NCBI GenBank assembly: GCA_017848335.1
Contig: JAGDAX010000014.1
Span: forward strand, 4,560 to 68,559
Length of the DNA: 64,000 nucleotides
Source of the DNA: Clostridia bacterium
GTDB lineage: Bacteria; Bacillota; Clostridia; UBA1212
Direction of reading: 5' to 3'
A program made the translations under genes and the position numbers. Below are positions 36,364 through 45,448 of the stretch, one piece after another. Numbering within the stretch: position 1 is the first letter of the stretch; each line of letters starts with the position of its first letter. The notes under the pieces were generated by a model. It was not told where the DNA came from. It saw only the letters and a program-made list of their open reading frames with translations, and ran no database searches.

Positions 36364-38538
36364 ATGAAAACCACCAAGTTTAAGTGCTTTTTTTTCGTTT
36401 TTTTGATGCTCTTGCTTCTCTGTTCAGGTATGACGTTAAGCAACTTTTTTGCTGCTGATGTACCTAACAGAGTTTTTTCTTCTCTGGCCATAGCAGAAGC
36501 AGGAAGCACAATAGAAATACCAATATTAATCGACAATAATACCGGCTTTGCAGGTATGGGCCTTGTGTTTAAGTATGATTCAACAAAAGTCCTGCCATTG
36601 GCCATTAAAACTTCCGGAAGTATTTTTAACGGAGGCATTGAAAATGATATCGGCAGATTTGATGGATTATTTTCAGTGAACTTAAGCGGAATTGATGACG
36701 AAACAGACAACGGACTTTTGTTCACTATCACTTTTCATGTAAATGAATCTGCTGACGGAAGTACCATTATTAACGTCAGTTATGATCAAGAAAACACATT
36801 TGATGAATCGATTGAAGATGTTGCTCTCTTTTGCGAAGATATCAGTTTGACAATTCAAAACGACTTTGGAGATATGCCTGTACTCCGGCTCTCGTCCTCC
36901 CCGGTATACGCAGGGGAAAATGTGAAAATTACAGGTTCATTTGCTAAAGCAGGATTGTTAGATGAAGCTGAAATTATCTTGTCCTTTGATTCCTCTGCTT
37001 TTGAGTATGTCTCAATGAACGCTTTAAATGGTTCAATTGCTATCTCAAATATTATTTTTACGGAAAACAACTTAAGATTTCGAATGACGGTTACATCACC
37101 CATAGCTGGAGATGACTTGTTTGTTTTAACATTACACGCCAACCCGTCTGCCACCGGTAATTATTCTGTAACCGGTTACTCAAAGTTCATGTCAATTATT
37201 GAAGGCAATGTCACTGTTAATTCTCTTGACAGTATTGCAATAATAAGAAGCGATTCAGACATGAGTGCGCTGCAGCACGAATCTCTGGTTATTCCGGTAT
37301 ATCTGGAGAATAATCCCGGACTAATGGGATATAAGCTTACCATTAAGTATAATCCAACGATTATGACGCCTCTTTCTGTTGCAAACAGTGGTGTTTTCAC
37401 AGGAACATTTGATGACAATATAGGAATTCATACAGATTATTTTGACGTTAAATGGTATGGTACTGAACAGGAAACACAAAATGGTAAATTATTTGACATT
37501 ACGTTTAGAATCGATACTGATGAGTATTGTGTTCCTACGGTTTTAATAGAATACTCTCAACCTGATACTTTCAATGAGGAATACCAAGATGTTGCTATGA
37601 ATTGCAGAAGCGTGAAAGTCCTAGTTAATCCGAACCTTAGGCCTGAACTGAAGTTTTCGGGTGCATCTCTGACCTTGCACGATAATATCGCAATCAATTT
37701 TAAGGCTGATAGGAAGTTGTTTACGGATCTGGGGTATTCTGATCCTTTTGTAATATTTACCATGAATGGTGTAGAAACAACAGTTCATAAATATCGAATA
37801 ATTGATGACAAGGTGGTTTTTGATTTCAACAATATTGCTCCTCATAAGCTGAATGACACCGTCTATGTCACATTATATGCCACATACTCAGGCGAGGAAA
37901 CAATAAGCATGACACGCGAATACAGTGTCGCAACATACTGCTACAATATGCTTACTAAATATTCAACAGATGAGTATTCAAAGCTGCGCACATTGCTAGT
38001 GAATCTCTTAAATTATGGCGAATCGTCTCAAATATACGCTAACTACAAAACCGATGCTCTTGTGACAAAGGACTTAACACCGCTTCAAAAGATGTGGGGA
38101 ACGCAAGAATCTCCTTCACTGAAAACAGTCTACAATCCTGCATACACCGTCCTTGATTCACCATCCGTTCAATGGGAAGGCGTAGGCCTGAATTTAACAA
38201 ACTCTGTTGCAATGAGATTCAGGATCACGACAGCCGGCATCGCGGGTTTATCAGTTAAGGTGTCCGGTTCATCGGGTGGCGAATGGATAATCAATAATAC
38301 ATCTTTTGTACCGACTAATGGCGGGTATTATGTTTACTTTAACGGTTTGAATGTTGCTCAACTGAGCGAACCGGTTTATCTTACGGTTTATGATGGCAAC
38401 GTACCTGTCAGCAATACAATATGTTACAGTGTTGAATCATATGCATACGCAAATCAGAATGATTCAGATCAAAAGCTTTCGGATTTAGTTATTTCTATGA
38501 TGAATTACGGGAATTCTGCGTATGCATATGTGCATTGA
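36364..38538 (+). CDS. secreted protein with three cohesin-like modules and a duplicated C-terminal domain
   Basis: Signal peptide (KCFFFVFLMLLLLCSG). Cohesin-like blocks at about nt 36475-36861, 36877-37224 and 37231-37626 (e.g. AGSTIEIPILIDNNTGFAGMGLVFKYD...NGLLFTITFHV). C-terminal ~300 aa is an internal duplication ending ...LLNYGESSQIY / ...MMNYGNSAYAY. Confidence 0.8.
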   Translation: MKTTKFKCFFFVFLMLLLLCSGMTLSNFFAADVPNRVFSSLAIAEAGSTIEIPILIDNNTGFAGMGLVFKYDSTKVLPLAIKTSGSIFNGGIENDIGRFDGLFSVNLSGIDDETDNGLLFTITFHVNESADGSTIINVSYDQENTFDESIEDVALFCEDISLTIQNDFGDMPVLRLSSSPVYAGENVKITGSFAKAGLLDEAEIILSFDSSAFEYVSMNALNGSIAISNIIFTENNLRFRMTVTSPIAGDDLFVLTLHANPSATGNYSVTGYSKFMSIIEGNVTVNSLDSIAIIRSDSDMSALQHESLVIPVYLENNPGLMGYKLTIKYNPTIMTPLSVANSGVFTGTFDDNIGIHTDYFDVKWYGTEQETQNGKLFDITFRIDTDEYCVPTVLIEYSQPDTFNEEYQDVAMNCRSVKVLVNPNLRPELKFSGASLTLHDNIAINFKADRKLFTDLGYSDPFVIFTMNGVETTVHKYRIIDDKVVFDFNNIAPHKLNDTVYVTLYATYSGEETISMTREYSVATYCYNMLTKYSTDEYSKLRTLLVNLLNYGESSQIYANYKTDALVTKDLTPLQKMWGTQESPSLKTVYNPAYTVLDSPSVQWEGVGLNLTNSVAMRFRITTAGIAGLSVKVSGSSGGEWIINNTSFVPTNGGYYVYFNGLNVAQLSEPVYLTVYDGNVPVSNTICYSVESYAYANQNDSDQKLSDLVISMMNYGNSAYAYVH

Positions 38539-38630
38539 CACATATAAAAGAATAAAATGACCCATTAGAACAGTATAAAATTATGCAAGAAATTATGAAT
38601 AAATATGTATTTAGTACGGAGGAAAAGCTT

Positions 38631-41600
38631 ATGAAAAAAACAGCCTTGAGATTGCTGAGCATAGGTTTGGCGATAATAATGCTTGTTTCGGTTTTGCCGC
38701 TGAATGTGTTGGCAGTGAAAACTTCGTTGCAAGAAATCAATCTTTTTAGGGCAGAGATATATGCAAATGGTAAAAAAGCAACAAATACCAAAAGTTTTGT
38801 GGAGTATATTTCAGTCAATCAAGCAAATATATTTTCGAGTGTTGGCAACATATCAACACCTGTTCAAGTGTACTACAAGTTAGCTAAGGAAGACTTTTGG
38901 TATCAGTTTGGATTAAAAGAGTGGGAGGCGATACATGTTTTTGCTTCGCCTTCACATATTACTGAAACGGGTGAAGTGACCATTTACGAGTATTATGAAG
39001 CCATTTTGATGGACTTGATTAACAGAAATACTAATGGTACAAACGAAACACTTAAAATGGTCGATGGTGTGGCGAGTGGGGTTTACAACTCGATTTATAG
39101 TTCTTATACGAAAACATTTACGACTTTGATGCAACAAGTTTTTGCTGAGAATCCCGATATTACTGTTGAAACAATTACAACAGCAAAAACATCAAAAACA
39201 GTTAAAAATTTGTTATCAAAAGTAACAGATGAAAACTCTTACAAAAAGACCTCTGCTCTTCTCGACTTGTTAGAAACCTGTGGAAATGTTAGAGATGCTA
39301 TAAAAACCGTTTCTGCGTACAGTGCGCTATGTGATTATTTTGACGGGACAAAAGAGGTTTTGTCGTTTATTGCTAACGATCAAAACTCAACAAATCCAGT
39401 TCAATTAAAGATAGCAGCGAATAACATATTGTCCTGCTTTGATGAATCTGTTCAATCCTCGTTGAAATCGCTGGAAATTGGCGGGATAGAAATGGCAATC
39501 AAGACTGCCGGTCAAGTTATCGACAACAGTTATTCAAAAGCAATAAGTTCTAATCCGTATTTACTTGCTGCATATTTGACGGCAAAAACTGGACGGTTTA
39601 TTTTTAATGAGTTATGTAGTGTAGATAAACAAGCTGCAACGTATTATCAAATTGAGGCCAATGCCATATTTGAAAACGAATTAAAGCGTGTAGTTGATGA
39701 GTTTAGAAGTCGTTTCAATGCAAGTAAAACCGAGAAAGATGCGAAAGCATATCTTCGTGCCGTACAGATGTTCGAAGATAATATTCTTTTAGGTTGTGAT
39801 TATGTTTACGAATTTGCCTCGACAAATATCAATACAGTTTGGAATACTATTTTTGGATTAAATAAAAAGCACCAAGAGGCACTTAATGAAATCATATCTC
39901 TCAAGGGGTTGTATCAGATGGCTTTTGAAGACTATGAGAATTCTCACGTTTCAAAAGCATGGAGACAAACGTATGGTATTACTGCTGAGGAAGAGGATAT
40001 TATTAATGAAACAAACGATAATGGAACTGCTCTTTCTGGAGAAAAGGTGTTCGCTGATAAAATTGCAGTCCTAAAAAAGGAATACCCACAAGGAAAATAC
40101 TGGAATCAATATAATGGATTGGATTCGAATGGTGTAGCAAAAGCGGGAGATATAATTTGCAGTGGGACTGCGTCTTATGATAGTAAACAATGTATTTCTC
40201 ATGGGTACTGTGCATACAAAGGAAAATCATGTAGTTGTAAGTGCGGATACTTCCACGGTTGGCAATGCTTTGGATTTGCAAATCTGATGGCTTATAAAGT
40301 GTTTGGATCATATGCAACTAATGGGTATACTGCAAGCGATGTCAATTCAAGCAAGGGCTGGGTGTATTATAAATCTGTCTCGTCGTATTACGTTGGCGAT
40401 GTTGTAAGAATTAATAATAATCACTCAATCTTCATTACAAAAATAATAGGCGCTGGGATACAATATGTGGATTGCAATAATTCCGGTCCGTGCAAAATCA
40501 ACTGGAATAACACTATCACCGCCGAGAACTTAGCAAAGAAAACGACTTTTGTTGTCAGAAACACTAATTCATCGCTATCATCACTAAGTGGTTCAAGTGT
40601 TAACGGAAGTACGGTTAGTAACACTGTTTCTTATAAAATATCAAGCGCAAAAGCAACATCAATCACCAATAAATCTGCAACTATTTCTGTTGGTTTAAAT
40701 CAAAAGGCATCTGTTTCAAAGTGGACTTATTTTGTAAGCACAAACAAAAATGCGCTGGTTAATCTGGACGGAACAAGCGGAAGCACACATAAATCGACCA
40801 ATACTGTTACATGCCGTCGTATTCTTGATTACCAAGCCAACCCGAAATATGAGAAATCTGATACTTTCACAATTTCAAAACATCAGGGAGAAGATTTGAA
40901 ACCGAATACCACTTATTACTATAAAGTAACCGTATCTATAAATGGTAAGTGGTATTCAACAGGCGTTCAAAGCTTCAAAACCACCAATTATCTGCCGGAC
41001 GCTGCAAGCCTTCGTGTTTCGCGGGATAGCCAGGTGGTTGGTGTAGGCGATTCAATCACGCTTCTTTGGGATTCCACAAAGAATACAGATACCTACAGCA
41101 TTGAAGTTAAAGACGTTAATGGTATAACTGTTCAAAAGAAGACGAATATTAAAGGATTAACATACACTTTAGATCCTATTTCTGAAAGCGGCGCATATAC
41201 CGCTACAATCACCTCCGTTAATGCGGTAGGTGAGAAGTTCGGAACGAGTGCAGAATTCACCGTAGAGCCCAATCGTCTTGTGCGGTTTTATGACACGATT
41301 TCGGATGAGATGATTTACGAAGAATCTGTTCCATATGGGCACAGTGCGAATGCCCCGAAAGCGCCTACTCATTATGGACATACGTTCAGTCAATGGAACA
41401 GAAGTTATGAAAAAATCAAAGATAGCGGTGAAGGCGATGAACACATCATTACTGTTAATACGGTTTATGATCTGAACACGTATACCGTTAGATTCATTGA
41501 TGCATTTACCAATGAAATAATCAGTTCGCAATCGGTCAAGTATAAAAAATCCGCTGTTGCGCCGGTATCATTGCCGGAGCACAAAGGTTTTGAGTTTATC

Positions 41601-44600
41601 TCATGGGACAAAGGATATTCAAGTATTGAAAAGGATACGGATATCTATACTGTCTATCAGTGGGAGGATCCGGATCATCTTGCTATTCTAACAATTGATG
41701 GTGTAACACGCACAATTCCGAAAGAAAACAGCGAAGAAAATGTTGGATACGATGTTTCGGTAACGATCAGCAATTCTGCCGATAGAATTATCAGCGGAAG
41801 AGTGGTTGCCGTATTAAAATCTGCGGAGGGGACTATTCTTTCGCAGTCCGAATCTGCCGCTTTCGCGGTGGATAAGGCGCCGATGGATGCATCGGGTTCG
41901 ATTATCGGAACGACGGATAGGCAAGTAACCTTTACAGTCTTGTATGATGATTTTGCACCTCAAATCGAATTGTACCTGATCAACGACTATGACAAACTGG
42001 GGCAATTGGCACCTATGGTCAGCACTGATATTGATAATACCGGTGTATGGTCCGGATTGATTCGATTTGAAGGTGATGAACCTCCGGTTCAGTCTGACCC
42101 CGAAAAAGGTATCACGGTAGCTCTTGAAGGTCCCTTCAATGAGACAATCAAGTATTATCGTTATCGTATCCTTGAAAAGTCATATGAAACTTCTGCCTCC
42201 ACAGCCGGATACACGCAGTCAGGATATACAAAGGTGAACGCGCAGCAAAAGAGCGTAGATTATGTTGTCTCTTGGCCTTCCGGGTTTTTGAAGACAAATT
42301 CACTTTATACGCAGTATAACAAACAGCCCGTTACGGCTTCTGAAACAGCAACGCAGATTATAGAGGTCAGTTCGCCGACAACCAAGGGATATATTTATTA
42401 TCATTGGTGCATGGGGACGTATGCAAACGGTCCGATTAACCGTGGAATCAACGGCTCTAAGACTTCAACTTACAAGCAGTTCCATGCGTTCTATACCACC
42501 TCCGCAGTTTCATTTGATTCATCGGCGAAGGCTTATAAAAAATCAGTTTCCGGAACTTGTAAGGATACTTATTGGTGGTATGGCCTCACTCCGGATAAAA
42601 GCGGTAACATAATCGTTAAAACTCAGAATTATACGGTATATGACAAACTATACAATTACTATTCCGAGTATTCTGAATGGATTCCATATGTCGGTGAATG
42701 TCCTCTGACAAATGGGGCGTTGGTTGATGGTGATGCCAACAAAACTTATGAGGTGGAAACAAAGACAGAGACCAATGATTATTATTGCTATAAGTATTGC
42801 ATAAATAATACTCCTGAAGAACCTGTGTTTTCTGATGATGATCCCAGGGTTGTTAGTATCTCTGGTACGATTAGTTCGAAATTTGCAGCAAAGACAGCGA
42901 CCGTATGGATTTACAAGTATTCTCAGGCATCGGATTACACAACTGAATATGTTGGAAACACCATCGTTGGATGCGAAGGTCAATTATCTATTGAGCGTGC
43001 CGTGTTAAGAGAGGCTCCTTCTGTGCAAAGCGGTGACTATACTATTGTTGTATCTGTGCCGGGACAGGAACAAGCACTTCATCTTGGAACAATCAAAGCA
43101 CCAAAAGCAAAATATACAGTTGTTTTTGAAGATTATTTCGGCAATGTTATTTCTTCGCAAGAAATAACAGAAGGAGACTCAGCATTTGTTCCCGATTCTT
43201 CGCTTACTTGCGCTCCGGCCGGGTACCGTTTTGCCCGTTGGTCAGAATCTGTTGTCAACGTTAGGGGCAATTTAACTGTAAAGCCGGAGTTTGAAAAGAT
43301 GACCTTTGTCGTTGCATTTGTTGATTGGAATGATCAAAGCGTTATTTTGAACGAAAATATTGAATATGGATCAGAGTTGGTTTCTATAAGCTCACCTGCG
43401 GAAATCGAGGGTTATGATACTGAATGGGTCGTCCAAATCGACGATCAGTATTTAACTATCGAGGAGTTTACAGATAGCGGATACACAGTGACAGGTAATA
43501 TGGTAGTTACAACAAGAAATACGCCTAAGGATTACTCTGTCATCTTCCTGGATGCCGATCCCGAAGTTGTTCTTGAAAACAAACTACAAAATATTGATAG
43601 CGATAAGCTTTCGCCAATTGGTATTTCAGAGAACACAAATAATATTGAGGTTTTGGCAAACACCACTGTAACTTATGGTATCGGTATTGATTATTCCGCC
43701 GTTATTGAACTGGAAGAAAACGAAGATTACGTTTTCATGGGATGGATCAATGCTGCAACAGGGGAAGCATTAGAGTCTGCTGATATAACCGAATCGGTTG
43801 TTCTATACCCACGTTATGTCTTTGCTGAGACAGTTGAAATACCCGTTGCATCTATGGATAACGGAGAATATTCAGAAACGATTGAAGTTGAATTAACTCA
43901 GGAATTTGAAAGCGCTTCCATTTGGTATACATTGGATGGAACTGATCCGAAGATATCTAACACAGCAATGGAGTATACAGGAACGATAATAATCGATCAT
44001 TCGTGTGTTCTTCGGTATTATTCGAGCGCTCTCGGATTCAATGATAGTGATGAAGGATATAGGGCTTTTGCTGTCAACCTTTCTGATGATAATCGTTATC
44101 ATGTTGTTACGGTGTATGCAGTTGCAAATGTTGGACCCCTGGTGAAAGGGGAACCCTCGATTGGTCTGGTAAAAGAAGGAATTACATTACCAAACAGTTT
44201 GTTCTCCGATGCATTTGAAGGATATGCTTTTAATGGGGTTTATAAAGATTTTGACTGTAGCGAATTATTTGTTCCCGAGGCAGAAGAAATTACAGACTCC
44301 TTAGCTTTCTATGCACATTATGAGCCAATCGAGTATACTGTACATTTCTATGGGTTTGATGGAAGCTCACTTTCAACACAGACAGTTTCTTACGGAAACA
44401 AAGCTGAAGCGCCCATTGCTCCGGAAGTTGACGGATATGTGCTTGCAGGATGGGATGGTGATTACTCGTTTGTTGACGACGATCTTGACGTTTTCGCTCG
44501 ATATATTACTCCTGACGAATACGCGACAATCAGCCTTGATAAAAAGGCTATCACATTGAATGTTGGCGCATCTTACGCAAACCTTCAGACGACAATTACC

Positions 44601-45203
44601 CCGACCATCCATTCCAATTACGAGATCGAATGGTATTCCTCAAATGACGATATTGCCTCCGTAGATGAAAACGGTGTGATTACAGCGCTCTCGATTGGAT
44701 TCACAACGATTACAGCCAAACTTCCTTACACTGGTGAAACTGCAGAAGTTACTGTTAAAGTTGCTTACGATTTGGATCGTGAAATTGTCCTTTTACAGGG
44801 TGCCACAATGGGATTTGACGTGAATCGCAATCTTCGATTAACTCCAAATAATGATCTGACTGTAGATGGGGTTTTGAGATGGTTTGAAAATGCAAATCTT
44901 TCTATTTGTAAAGCTGATGGAACTGAACTTTCAGGAGATGATTTGGTCGGGACCGGATGTGTCGTCAGGCTTATGAATGATGGCGATTTAATCGACTTTT
45001 CGATAATCATTTTGACCGGTGATTACAATGGAGATGGCAAAATCAACAACAGAGACGTGGTAATGCTGAACCAGCTGATTATGGATAAACGCGATGCGGA
45101 TATCTGGCAAATAATGGCTCTTGATGTGAACGGTGACGGATATATAAATAATCGTGACAGCGCGATGCTGGCCAGATACCTTGTAGGTAAAGAAACTCTT
45201 TAG
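38631..45203 (+). CDS. giant secreted multidomain protein (2,190 aa): helical N-domain, Cys/His papain-like module, FN3, Listeria-Bacteroides repeats, BIG2, C-terminal dockerin
   Basis: GGAGGA RBS before MKKTALRLLSIGLAIIMLV (signal peptide). GWQCFGFA...NNNHSIFI module. At least five Y-x-V-x-F...G-(Y/F)-x-F-x-x-W repeats. BIG2-like block ISLDKKAITLNVG...ITAKL. Dockerin GDYNGDGKINNRD / DVNGDGYINNRD at 45018-45200. Confidence 0.9.
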   Translation: MKKTALRLLSIGLAIIMLVSVLPLNVLAVKTSLQEINLFRAEIYANGKKATNTKSFVEYISVNQANIFSSVGNISTPVQVYYKLAKEDFWYQFGLKEWEAIHVFASPSHITETGEVTIYEYYEAILMDLINRNTNGTNETLKMVDGVASGVYNSIYSSYTKTFTTLMQQVFAENPDITVETITTAKTSKTVKNLLSKVTDENSYKKTSALLDLLETCGNVRDAIKTVSAYSALCDYFDGTKEVLSFIANDQNSTNPVQLKIAANNILSCFDESVQSSLKSLEIGGIEMAIKTAGQVIDNSYSKAISSNPYLLAAYLTAKTGRFIFNELCSVDKQAATYYQIEANAIFENELKRVVDEFRSRFNASKTEKDAKAYLRAVQMFEDNILLGCDYVYEFASTNINTVWNTIFGLNKKHQEALNEIISLKGLYQMAFEDYENSHVSKAWRQTYGITAEEEDIINETNDNGTALSGEKVFADKIAVLKKEYPQGKYWNQYNGLDSNGVAKAGDIICSGTASYDSKQCISHGYCAYKGKSCSCKCGYFHGWQCFGFANLMAYKVFGSYATNGYTASDVNSSKGWVYYKSVSSYYVGDVVRINNNHSIFITKIIGAGIQYVDCNNSGPCKINWNNTITAENLAKKTTFVVRNTNSSLSSLSGSSVNGSTVSNTVSYKISSAKATSITNKSATISVGLNQKASVSKWTYFVSTNKNALVNLDGTSGSTHKSTNTVTCRRILDYQANPKYEKSDTFTISKHQGEDLKPNTTYYYKVTVSINGKWYSTGVQSFKTTNYLPDAASLRVSRDSQVVGVGDSITLLWDSTKNTDTYSIEVKDVNGITVQKKTNIKGLTYTLDPISESGAYTATITSVNAVGEKFGTSAEFTVEPNRLVRFYDTISDEMIYEESVPYGHSANAPKAPTHYGHTFSQWNRSYEKIKDSGEGDEHIITVNTVYDLNTYTVRFIDAFTNEIISSQSVKYKKSAVAPVSLPEHKGFEFISWDKGYSSIEKDTDIYTVYQWEDPDHLAILTIDGVTRTIPKENSEENVGYDVSVTISNSADRIISGRVVAVLKSAEGTILSQSESAAFAVDKAPMDASGSIIGTTDRQVTFTVLYDDFAPQIELYLINDYDKLGQLAPMVSTDIDNTGVWSGLIRFEGDEPPVQSDPEKGITVALEGPFNETIKYYRYRILEKSYETSASTAGYTQSGYTKVNAQQKSVDYVVSWPSGFLKTNSLYTQYNKQPVTASETATQIIEVSSPTTKGYIYYHWCMGTYANGPINRGINGSKTSTYKQFHAFYTTSAVSFDSSAKAYKKSVSGTCKDTYWWYGLTPDKSGNIIVKTQNYTVYDKLYNYYSEYSEWIPYVGECPLTNGALVDGDANKTYEVETKTETNDYYCYKYCINNTPEEPVFSDDDPRVVSISGTISSKFAAKTATVWIYKYSQASDYTTEYVGNTIVGCEGQLSIERAVLREAPSVQSGDYTIVVSVPGQEQALHLGTIKAPKAKYTVVFEDYFGNVISSQEITEGDSAFVPDSSLTCAPAGYRFARWSESVVNVRGNLTVKPEFEKMTFVVAFVDWNDQSVILNENIEYGSELVSISSPAEIEGYDTEWVVQIDDQYLTIEEFTDSGYTVTGNMVVTTRNTPKDYSVIFLDADPEVVLENKLQNIDSDKLSPIGISENTNNIEVLANTTVTYGIGIDYSAVIELEENEDYVFMGWINAATGEALESADITESVVLYPRYVFAETVEIPVASMDNGEYSETIEVELTQEFESASIWYTLDGTDPKISNTAMEYTGTIIIDHSCVLRYYSSALGFNDSDEGYRAFAVNLSDDNRYHVVTVYAVANVGPLVKGEPSIGLVKEGITLPNSLFSDAFEGYAFNGVYKDFDCSELFVPEAEEITDSLAFYAHYEPIEYTVHFYGFDGSSLSTQTVSYGNKAEAPIAPEVDGYVLAGWDGDYSFVDDDLDVFARYITPDEYATISLDKKAITLNVGASYANLQTTITPTIHSNYEIEWYSSNDDIASVDENGVITALSIGFTTITAKLPYTGETAEVTVKVAYDLDREIVLLQGATMGFDVNRNLRLTPNNDLTVDGVLRWFENANLSICKADGTELSGDDLVGTGCVVRLMNDGDLIDFSIIILTGDYNGDGKINNRDVVMLNQLIMDKRDADIWQIMALDVNGDGYINNRDSAMLARYLVGKETL

Positions 45204-45218
45204 AGGAAGGTGTTTATA

Positions 45219-45332
45219 ATGAACATTTTTGAATTCCCAATCATTGAGATATTTTGCTTTAATACAGAAGCCGATATAGTTACAGCCAGTAATCAAGGCG
45301 ATGGCGTCGTTTTACCGGATGATAACTGGTGA
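45219..45332 (+). CDS. unlisted small ORF (37 aa): MNIFEFPIIEIFCFNTEADIVTASNQGDGVVLPDDNW
   Basis: AGGAAGG RBS 8 nt upstream of the ATG. Begins 16 nt after the giant gene's stop and ends 46 nt before the island terminator. Below the 60-aa cutoff of the ORF track. Confidence 0.4.
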   Translation: MNIFEFPIIEIFCFNTEADIVTASNQGDGVVLPDDNW

Positions 45333-45378
45333 TTCATAATAGCAGGCGTTAAAACTTTAACATTATCATATATAATCA

Positions 45379-45422
45379 AGCCGGGACAGATGCTTTATTC
45401 ATTGCTTTGTCCCGGCTTTTTA
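45379..45422 (+). terminator. Rho-independent terminator closing the island operon
   Basis: AGCCGGGACA / TGTCCCGGCT 10-bp stem followed by TTTTT. Confidence 0.8.
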
Positions 45423-45448
45423 TTTAAGAAGCTGTTGGGCTTTTCAGT

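Larger units (their letters stand above)
34905..45440. mobile_element. AT-rich genomic island (tyrosine recombinase + invertible switch + cohesin/dockerin cargo)
   Basis: Abrupt compositional drop (sampled lines about 33% GC versus 50-65% in flanks). Contains a recombinase gene. Sits in an intergenic gap between two host minus-strand genes. Borders are approximate; no att repeats identified. Confidence 0.65.

Noticed and set aside
45358-45377. Possible third recombination site at the right end of the island (TAACATTATCATATATAATC), and a similar AT-rich stretch at 35045-35066 (GTTGACATATAATATAATGAC). If real, these would allow inversion or excision of the whole cargo.
   Set aside because: Only one arm (AACATTAT or ATATAATG) matches the switch sites. 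The second arm isn't complementary and the spacer length differs. TATAAT-like low-complexity matches are expected by chance in AT-rich DNA, and the left one is more simply the recombinase promoter.
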